Virus record (IMG/VR): IMGVR_UViG_3300046820_000297
Location: 7,834 to 71,833 of that record
DNA length: 64,000 bases
Source of the DNA: a virus
Reading direction: 5' to 3' (one strand)
Shown: piece by piece, positions 21,501 to 29,100 of the stretch
Layout of the letters: each line of letters starts with the position of its first letter
Position numbering within the stretch: the first letter of the stretch is position 1
Notes under the pieces: model-generated
Told to the model about the DNA's origin: nothing
Databases searched by the model: none
The model's input: only the letters and a program-made list of their open reading frames with translations
Program-made: the position numbers and the translations under genes

Positions 21501-24500
21501 ATAAGTATTCTGTAATGCCATTGATACCAAATGTCATAAAAGGTAGAAGACTTGAGTCGCTACATAATCAATTAGTATCTCAAGGATATGCTTACGGTGT
21601 AATGCATTCTGGTTCTAAGATTGCTAGTATTGGTAAGGATGGTGATCTTATTCCATTCTATAAGAACGATGAGTTTGATCCTGCATTTACAGAAGAAGGT
21701 TATGAGTTTGTATCAAATACAATTTTCTTAGATTATCTTAAAGAACAGTTGGTTACAAAGGATAAGTTTAAGAAGAATGTAAAGTTCCCAACTCAGTTAA
21801 GAAAGTTAGTTACATCTGGATTAAAAGAGTTCGGTGTACCTACAGACTTTGAACCAAAACTAACTGAGTCTGAAAGAATCAAAAAATGGGGAGAGCTTTC
21901 CGAAAAACAAAAGATTGCTCAATCAGGATTCTATGAATTAGAAAAAGCATATCTTAATCACATAGCTAAGATCACTACTATAGCGGAGAATAAACTCAAG
22001 AGAGAGTTAGGTTTCCATAATGGTAAGATCAATATGAAGCGCCTTATTGAGTATGTAAAAGAAAGTTTGACTGCTCAAGATTTACCAGAACAAACAATTG
22101 AATCCATTAAAGTAGATGCTAATGGTAAGTTGAATGTTCCTTTAGACATATCTACAGATCCTGCTAAGATTGAATCTTTAATTACTGCATTGGTTAATAA
22201 GAGAATTATTGACCAGATGAGTAAGGGTGAACAATACATCCAAGGTTCTGGTGTCGGATTTGAGAAATTCTCTAAACCAACTGAAGATGATTTAAAGAAG
22301 TATGGTTCTGATGGATTACCTTTCTATAAGTATAATCCTAACAAACCTACTTCAGCAATGAAGGTTAAGATTGCTTTACACGGAGACTTTAAGAAATTAC
22401 TAGATGTAAAACATAATGACGGTAAACCTATAAAGACTTTAGATCGTTTGAATGAAATGATCCAGAACGATCAATGGTTAGATACTGGAGAGAACAGAAA
22501 GATGATCACCTTATTTGGTGTTCGTATTCCTACCCAAGGAGCAAACTCTTTGGACTTTATGGAAGTATACGAGTTCTTACCAGAAGCTGCCGGTAACATT
22601 ATGATCTTACCATTAGAAGTTGTAGCTAAGTCAGGTGGTGACTTTGATATCGACAAGCTTGTTACAATTGTACCAAGTCTTAGTTATAACGAACGCTCTG
22701 TAGAATTAACTAAAGCGGTTAAGACTAAAAAGTCTGAAGCTACATTAGAAACAGAGAAAGAAAAACTTAAAGAAGAGTTTGATGTTATTGATGAAAAGTA
22801 CGATGATCTTCTAGCAGAACTTCCTCAAAAAGAAGAGATTAAAAATCTAATTGCTGAGAAGAAAGAACTTGTAGCTCAGAGAAAAGTATTAGCTGGTAAA
22901 CTTAGAAAAGCTTTAGAAGAACAAGAGCAGAGAGTTAAAGAAGGAAAGAGCATCAAGGGTAATCAGAAATACATTGATAAAAAGAGACAGGAGTTAGAAG
23001 AGATCAATAATAAAATCGAACCTATCCAAAATACAATCAATACTGAATATAACAGAAGAGATGAGGATAGAGGACTAAATGAAGCTAGAGAATCTGAGAT
23101 CAAAGATGTTATTGAAAAGATCAGAGATATCAATAGACAAATTGAATCTTACAATACCAATGCTGAAACAAATCTTTTGTTGAGCACAATGGTAAGTATT
23201 GTAAGTAGACCTGATAACTACATCAATCTTACAAGACCCAACGGAACTACAATCTTTACTGAAGATGAAGAAGACCGTGGTGTTAGCATTAAAGATGAGT
23301 TTGGTAAGTACAATAGAAAGTCATTTAAGACTAGTACTAATAGCTCTCGTAAATTTTCTCCAACAAGGATTATGGAGAACGGATACAACATATCAAAAGC
23401 AATTTCATTGAGCGCTGGTAAAGATGGTATTGGAATGATTGCTACAGGTAATACCTTCTCTAACTTATACAGATCAGTTGGTATGTATTTATCAAGTGAG
23501 TATACTGGTAAGAAAGGAGAAGCACTTTACCAGAAGTTATTCTTAGAGCACAACAAAATCGGAGATAGTATTTCTTTGTCACATTTGATGACGGCAGATA
23601 AGAAGAGATATATTTCCGATGTTATATCTGAGTTGATGAACGGATACCTAGACGTTGCTAAAGACGACTGGGTTTATGACATCAATGCTATTAAAGAGTT
23701 TGAACCTGAGTTTGAATTAATGATTCTAGCAGGTGTTCCTGTTAGACAAATTGTATTGTTCTTATCTCAACCTAAAGTAAGACAATACCTAGAAAGAGTA
23801 AGACAGTATGGAAGTCCATACGCTGGTTTGACTGGCGGTGAATACGTTAATCCAAACTTTGCAAAGTACACAGCTCTTTTAGATACACTTGATCCTGCTG
23901 TTGTTTCTGGAACTGGAAAGAAGCGTCCTTCAGTAGAAGCTCTTGTAGCATCAATTCAGAAAAGAAGAGGTGAGCGACAAGTTAGTTTTGATACAGATGC
24001 TTTATATAAGAACCTATCTGGTAAGGGTAATACTGCATTAGATAATGATATCTTCGAACACTTCGTTGAGATTCAGTTAATGAGTAAAGCTAACTCTGAA
24101 GTCAAGCGTAGTTTGAACTTTGATACAGACAAAGCAAGAACTTACTTTGAAGCTGTAGCTAAACAACAAGGTAGTCATGGTGTATCAGCTAAGGTACCTA
24201 AAGAAATGGTTACTAAATTGTTGGATGCTAATCAAAGTGTTTTGGGTTCGTTTATGAAACAAGACTTGATTCGTCAAGCACTCTCTGCAGTATTACCATT
24301 AAGATCAGCTAAGTATCTAAACGATTACTTACTTGAGCACTTGGATGCTCTTGATATAGATATGGATCAAGAAGAGAAATACGTTAGCGGATTTGTATCA
24401 GACTTGAACCAATACATCTTCGAGAACTTCCTATATAGATTTAATACTAATGATACTGAATATAGATCGAATGATATTAAAGTAGAATTAGAACAACAAG

Positions 24501-26185
24501 ACTTATTGAAGTTTGGTGCTGTATTAATGCCTAGTGAAGTAGTTGATGAAGAGACCGGAGAAGTACGTTTAGCAATCACAGACACTGACAAGTTACTAGT
24601 AGATAAGAAATCTATAAAAGAACAATACGATCTTAGATTATTTACAGGTAATGAGAACAAGTCTAGTAAGAAAGCTGAAATTCTTTCTGCTAGATCTCCT
24701 TACAATCCTAAGAATCAATTACTTGCACCGCTACCTGAAACAACATTCAGCTCGTATGGTGAGAGAGGATTTGAGTTGTTCTATAAGTTTGTCTTAGAAA
24801 GAGAGACTCTAAGAGCATTGATGCCTTATCAAGAGGTGGTTCAGTCTAAGGAGTTCATAGAATTCCTAAAGATGATCAATAACAATACTAATTTACCAAT
24901 GCGTTACGAAGAATTCTTGCGTAACAAAGCATTGGATAACTTGTATATTGATAGCAGCATCTTTGCAGGTGAGAACAAACAGAATCTTGTAGGTTCTCAT
25001 GCTAAGTTCGAACACTTTGTTACAGAGTATCCAGAACTTATAACTAACTATCCAGTTCTTGAAATGCTTGTTCGTAAGGTACAAGGAAACAAAACATTCT
25101 TTAAGCTACTTACACAAGAGAAAGACGGACAAGTTCTTACTTCTTACAAGGATCAAATGCTACAGTTAGCAGATCCAGGTGTTAGCAAAGTAAAGGATAA
25201 AGAACTTAATAGAGTAATTAGTGCGTTCTTTGAAAAATTACCAACCGTTGGATTTATTCAAGGAGGTAACAATACTCGTTCAGGTTTGTATGTGATGAGT
25301 CTATTTACTATGGATAACATTGCACCATTTATTGCAAACAATATTCAGCAGTATGTAGATGTATTTAACAAAGATGCGGTGAAAACAGAATCTATTCTTA
25401 AGAAGTTTTCTAAGAAATACGATGTTAAGTTTTCAACCGGTCGCGATACCTATAGTGCATACTTAGCAGATAGTCCTCAGAGTGTTTTCAATATAGAGCA
25501 AGTAAGCAAAGATGTTGTAAAGGAACAGCAATTTGACTATGTCAATATGGAGACTGGTGAATTGGAACCGGTTAAAGTATACGATGAGAACTTGATGACA
25601 ATGACATCCGTAGAGTTTGATACTATAGCTGCTGAGAATCCAGACAGCATATTTGTATTTGACGATCAGTATCCTATTGGAGGTAAACCAAACAAGACAC
25701 CGACAAACGGTTCTAGAAAAGTAATGAGAAAAGGTCTTGATACAAACAAGAGCTTTGGAATATACTTACAACAACCAAGTGGTCAGAATCCAAATGTTGA
25801 TGAATTTGAGAAATACAAAGAGATCTTAGATCAACAATTAGATGAGCTATTAAGAAGAAAGAACTCTGGAAGTACTATCGTGTTCCCATCAAAAGGAGTG
25901 GGTATAGAACTATTAGGATTTGTACCTAGCGGAACTACCTACTTAGAGAACAAACAGTTAAAAAGAAACAGCAATCTGTACGTATATTTGTCTAAGAGAC
26001 TTCTCAAAGATTTTGGTTATGTCAATCCTATGTTCGATCTTGTAAGTAAAGGTTTCTCAACCGAACTACTAGAAGGAGCTGAAACAGGTTTGGATTATAT
26101 CCAGAATAGATTGATGGAAGCAGGTGTAAAGCAGAAAGTTTCTGACAGTACGGTATTAGAATATATTAAAAATTGTAAAGGTTAA
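15593..26185 (+). CDS. Virion-packaged DNA-dependent RNA polymerase (crAss-like, double-psi beta-barrel type; 3530 aa)
   Basis: Catalytic DxDxD motif GGDFDIDKL at 22640-22654, preceded by RIPTQG. Also has TQLRKL, NGYLDVAKD and an N-terminal zincin motif HEAWH (18170-18184). Confidence 0.9.
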   Translation: MICDSSSNWSLEKSDIDKLETAIYKLLSDKANAPESDFVMSKFLGYLYNRALQGYGDNDKALTLLRAVPETMKIVITAFDELSDKLMSKKVPLDMNTLFKLSNSFNADINNVKEYVNKNLAKATIVTSQSANEDAKKAQTPPQSDGTVLGEFQALPSNPFTSTGNETEEMTWYYDFLKTLDKRMMDLGGPDKDGGVDFNGRKVYVSMVLGSNIPENQLYESTRQDANLMKASGSTMYIMFTDASGNPSYFSDTYGNATSEDGKLIYFPQRAIPTSTKDKQGNLVFDLESIGGRTLQSVGYAARVERSTNEAIAYRYNNAFAKLKQLQDYLRSNPTASVRLDIDNISRGFMNLQSPETTRVVDVKNITAFTPVISGNKKLINVPGVLQPIEFFMAPYSEEMASKVADLLLNEVIYNNKVMTPKNKFNLIADFTQFGTTSDSFRYDTETGTIFLGTEALDTTDKNTAKQRIVEFLTREFENKNVKNAKGEFVKQKNQFFYNNKKATGNFIDFTLAANTSGAFDMSISTRPYLDWVKENAMVSVELKSGEIRQVNGYVEFNMGVDAMRILATQPFNEIVKTTGEEGYSKLNPTKTITGNVKKVGWKAVLSKATEVYPTTKDGDFQVVSTRIPGTNQHFGNPFSSTESVIKKNKDLIKVDDTVAAVKSYIDWVTNTNFDYSNSGKTEAEVELLKERAHWIRKELMSGRLKGKDILYYIELKEPAHSNALDYLINDFNWGAFEFEQTKKAQKKAAPENIVPSNLPTNSDVVANKSKDFDFGAYKRRGQGEIDATPSQIIKAAAWYDNLKIKFKDASGNIIEKNMKDVIPYHVMFRIANSNGDVRARWTRSGINLYEGSDYSDLYHEAWHGFTQWFLTTDEKLKLYDSVKNSGERIKYYDDTTNSWKSMSASDLDFSIKNHKLYAEEFLAEKFREFALNNGKFPKEQPVAVKSIFRRIWDALKALFGFASKESMLTPISESNIAEVFEKLYVGDLSDYTMDSANIDFDVLNSGITATSDQYQDLNITDSILLADSLNSIISELVDSSGTAKATAALFNNTAYKKALLEDAREALLNRLKAVIKEYDETEDSFLKEQLDKNMQLLNYAYNNFGNIENLSGGLIDYFNKRYGLFDMTMQSKAIDREFNIGNQTDAVNTQDGVSDREGLMAGSGVEYGTIERMDDGVMFLLSTLFEKENGQFTYNKLGFKKTTPFRRAYSAVSTATENAYTRIKMIENMDLASKMLLDSGKVDDRYTVIQQLLAKLGPLDSTDISNQSLWNSFFHSFRFDKLSGNQVTVEYNENGGGVSIKVGKSDGADKLTGRNLETGFEVNKTKSTFLKKNKDGIYTLDLEGVLRKYPTSVMALNKPIEFLRDLGLDITENLKIKRQLADRNVVSNIYKIIVSSGDKNRIITGLKNKGAASLFDDQGTLWNSLLQIQSRYSGTVNDYMIKNAKGDSQSEMSNPSTAGNLLNRINDAVDSIDGKHAAFDRMINSPEMSHYNPERNPFVKSSVIFKRMFGPDLSKRQVRNGIPFMLEYRSQLGTQVLEKEIDQLVESTTLLSGLKSSDSDFQTAFLRDFFTINLQGFAEAYKHADKTQAFIVALTNNGNPSFYVHPKEFANVNGSILANDIIIDYIGSELERIKKVINFSGTGTRPEDIILWYDKKGNPVTYKNTGSTFTIFDDILLEDTKNMLIGEESITDLESFKNFLASNAMVKDQILQQLNDYFADQVTKHKEILSAFPVLQRPSVYSSFLSNVAQNLKNQPSSVVFETAVKSMVYNSFIHKFEMNTLVYGDAAQNNHDKEEHMKRIPGFFASGRIPVADVFMDRMFAQKGGRYHLSPWFTNSGLEAPKDPLSSQTSILKTAVFKDVFTDSVYYEEMMNVLDEYNKTAAVPIPKEAYDAYKNMKVADAQAWMTFDAYRALEIRLDNWSPQKEELYNKIINGENVDIAETLQFFPVKKLQYSGPLQISNFTANAFHKYSVMPLIPNVIKGRRLESLHNQLVSQGYAYGVMHSGSKIASIGKDGDLIPFYKNDEFDPAFTEEGYEFVSNTIFLDYLKEQLVTKDKFKKNVKFPTQLRKLVTSGLKEFGVPTDFEPKLTESERIKKWGELSEKQKIAQSGFYELEKAYLNHIAKITTIAENKLKRELGFHNGKINMKRLIEYVKESLTAQDLPEQTIESIKVDANGKLNVPLDISTDPAKIESLITALVNKRIIDQMSKGEQYIQGSGVGFEKFSKPTEDDLKKYGSDGLPFYKYNPNKPTSAMKVKIALHGDFKKLLDVKHNDGKPIKTLDRLNEMIQNDQWLDTGENRKMITLFGVRIPTQGANSLDFMEVYEFLPEAAGNIMILPLEVVAKSGGDFDIDKLVTIVPSLSYNERSVELTKAVKTKKSEATLETEKEKLKEEFDVIDEKYDDLLAELPQKEEIKNLIAEKKELVAQRKVLAGKLRKALEEQEQRVKEGKSIKGNQKYIDKKRQELEEINNKIEPIQNTINTEYNRRDEDRGLNEARESEIKDVIEKIRDINRQIESYNTNAETNLLLSTMVSIVSRPDNYINLTRPNGTTIFTEDEEDRGVSIKDEFGKYNRKSFKTSTNSSRKFSPTRIMENGYNISKAISLSAGKDGIGMIATGNTFSNLYRSVGMYLSSEYTGKKGEALYQKLFLEHNKIGDSISLSHLMTADKKRYISDVISELMNGYLDVAKDDWVYDINAIKEFEPEFELMILAGVPVRQIVLFLSQPKVRQYLERVRQYGSPYAGLTGGEYVNPNFAKYTALLDTLDPAVVSGTGKKRPSVEALVASIQKRRGERQVSFDTDALYKNLSGKGNTALDNDIFEHFVEIQLMSKANSEVKRSLNFDTDKARTYFEAVAKQQGSHGVSAKVPKEMVTKLLDANQSVLGSFMKQDLIRQALSAVLPLRSAKYLNDYLLEHLDALDIDMDQEEKYVSGFVSDLNQYIFENFLYRFNTNDTEYRSNDIKVELEQQDLLKFGAVLMPSEVVDEETGEVRLAITDTDKLLVDKKSIKEQYDLRLFTGNENKSSKKAEILSARSPYNPKNQLLAPLPETTFSSYGERGFELFYKFVLERETLRALMPYQEVVQSKEFIEFLKMINNNTNLPMRYEEFLRNKALDNLYIDSSIFAGENKQNLVGSHAKFEHFVTEYPELITNYPVLEMLVRKVQGNKTFFKLLTQEKDGQVLTSYKDQMLQLADPGVSKVKDKELNRVISAFFEKLPTVGFIQGGNNTRSGLYVMSLFTMDNIAPFIANNIQQYVDVFNKDAVKTESILKKFSKKYDVKFSTGRDTYSAYLADSPQSVFNIEQVSKDVVKEQQFDYVNMETGELEPVKVYDENLMTMTSVEFDTIAAENPDSIFVFDDQYPIGGKPNKTPTNGSRKVMRKGLDTNKSFGIYLQQPSGQNPNVDEFEKYKEILDQQLDELLRRKNSGSTIVFPSKGVGIELLGFVPSGTTYLENKQLKRNSNLYVYLSKRLLKDFGYVNPMFDLVSKGFSTELLEGAETGLDYIQNRLMEAGVKQKVSDSTVLEYIKNCKG

Positions 26186-26189
26186 TAGA

Positions 26190-29100
26190 ATGAACGCATG
26201 CGCTTTTGGTCCTGAGAAGGATGCACTAAACGAATCGATAAAGATATTTGGAGAATTCATAGCTAACAAAGATTATCTAGAATATGGACGTGTTCGTTCT
26301 GCAGAAGAAATCCAAGCGTCTCTCAAACTAGAAGGTAAGATCTTAGAACAAGATCCTAATTTCATAAGAGTTTCTGAGACAGTAGAAGACAATCTTAAAG
26401 ATCTTACTGTGTTTCCAGGATTTGATGCAATGCTTACAGGTATTGAAGTTGACACAGCAGGTATTAGTGTAAACAGATCTAATGCTATTGTAGACTTTAT
26501 GGTCAGAAGTTTCTCTGATCGTCTTGGTATTCCTTATGAGTTTGTATCAAGAGGTGAAGCATTTGAGATCTTAAAGCAAGCAGGTAAAGCGTATACACAA
26601 GAATCAGGATTCTTTATTGGTGGTAAGGTATATCTCATTAGAGAAGACCTTAGTTTAGATACAGCAATGCATGAATTTGCACATCCGTTTGTGAGAGCGA
26701 TTCAAAAAGAGAATCCAGAATTATTTGAGAAGTTATATAATGATCTAATCAATACAGATACCGGTCGTAAGATGGTATCATTAGTATCTATCTTAGAAGA
26801 TAAACTTACTCCTGATCAAGATTTATTCAAGGAAGAAGTGATGGTTCGTGCGTTGTCTAAACACGCGTATGATAAAGTAAATCAGAAACCAGAAGACACT
26901 TCATTCTTTAACGCAATTAAGAATTTCTTATATCATCTAAAGCAGTTATTAAGAAAGTATCTAGGTAAAACATTTGATGTATCTAAGCTTGATAGCACTA
27001 CAACACTTGACGAGTTATCAGAGATATTCTTAGCTGCTAAAATAGATTTCCAAACAGAGTCTGTAAATCAAGCAGACATTGTAGCGTTTAAAAAGGACAT
27101 TAACAATCTTGTTGATGAGCTTACTAATATAATGGAGAATGACTCCGGTGCAAAAGCTGTAAGCAAAGCTATCAACGATGTCTACAGAGTTGCAATGAAT
27201 CATAAAGAGCGTCTTGAGGTAAACAAAAACCTTAGAGATATGGCGGAACTTCTCAAAGGAGAGTTCGATGATTCTACATATAAGCTTATCATTAATAACC
27301 TAAGAGACTACGAGAGTCTTATCACAGATAAGTTTGCAGAACTCGTAGAGAAATATCAGTATAATCATGATAAAGCTACTGCATATATTGAGAGCTTGTA
27401 TCAGATTAAACACATGGCTAGGTTGATGGTAGCTCATATGAATGAGATACGTAATCAACCACAGACACCGGATATCACAAAACAATTCTTTTACTATAGA
27501 CAATTAGCGACTGATTGGTCAAACACTATTGCTACAGCAAGAGAATTACTTTCTGAAGAAGGATTAGAGAGCGGAGAACTAGTAGACTTGATTGCTAGTA
27601 TTGAAGGTTATGTAAAAACCGCAATCAGTATTGATGATAAATTCAGTGTACGTTCTGCAACAGAACTCCTTACTGATGTCTTAGAACCATTAGCTCAAGA
27701 AGTAGAGAGGTATTACAATGATATCATCGATGAACTTGTTGCAAAAGGTGCGTCCGAACAAAAAATCGAGCGCTATAGAAAAGAATTTAAAGACACAATT
27801 CTAGATAAGGATGCTCTAAAGGAGTGGTTAACCGGACAAAGAACAGATACAAATGTGCTTAGTGCATGGATGGAATCTTATATGAATATTCAAGACCCGG
27901 TTGTATTCGGTCTTGCTCAATTCATCAACAATAATATTTCTGATGTACTTACTATTAGTCAACAAAGACATAATAAGTTTGCTACAGAGTTTGAACCGTT
28001 GCTGAAAGCTGCAGGTATTGATATTAAAAATCTAAAAGCATTACGTGATGCAGTTACTTATATAGAAGCTGACGGTATCTATAATGAGAAGGGTGAGTAT
28101 GTAAGAAGAGAAAGATATGCATTCAAGAACCACTTGAAAGAATACAGATACGAGATTGGTAAACTAAACGATGAGATTAGAAAAGCTGAGATTACTGCAC
28201 AGGAGACTGGTGATAGCACTGAGCTTGATAAACTTAAAGTTGAAAGAGAGAAATTATTAAATGAACACTTCTATGATTCTAAAGCTGATATCGTAAAGCA
28301 AGCTGAAAGAAGATTAATTCGTGATGAGATTGGTGAGAAAGCATACAATGCAAGAGATCTTGTGCTTAGAAAGATTAAGAGTTTGGATTTGGGAATAACC
28401 GATCCAGATGAACTAGTAGATAAAGATAGACTTGCTATTCTAGATTCTCTATGGAGAGAGTATAATTTGCTGTTCTCTTTAAGTTATGCTGACGGTACCA
28501 AAAAGGATCCGTCTTCTGACGATTATAAAATCGCTGTTAGATTACGTGAGTATAGAGAAGAGACAAAAGAATTCTATGAGTGGGTTCCTGTAAAGAACAT
28601 GTTCTCTAGAGCACTAGCTTCTTACGAACAACAGTTGAGAGACAATGGTATTAGCGGTGGTGAGTTTATTAAAATGCGCGCTGATTGGATTAAAAACAAT
28701 ACTCGTGTAAAAATTAAACCTGAATTCTGGCAAGAAGTAAATAATATCTTAGAAGAGATTAGATCTTTAAAACCAGACATCCCCGAGAATCTTAGAAACA
28801 AATTAGATCTTGATGAACTCTATGCTGAGATTAGTGATCAGATAAGCGCTTTCCGAGATGACGACGGTCAACCAGATGGTTTGATCATGTCTGAAGAAAA
28901 GAAGAAAGCAATCAAAGAGTTAGATAAGAAGATCGAGAAGTCTAGAAAGACAATCACCGGTCTAATGGGATTGAGTGAAGAGGAACAAAATGAATATGAA
29001 TACATCTCAGGATTATTACTATTAAACGGAGATAACTTAAGACAATGGGCGGATGAGAATCCTGATTTAATAAATAGATATGAGTACTTACAAAATCTAA

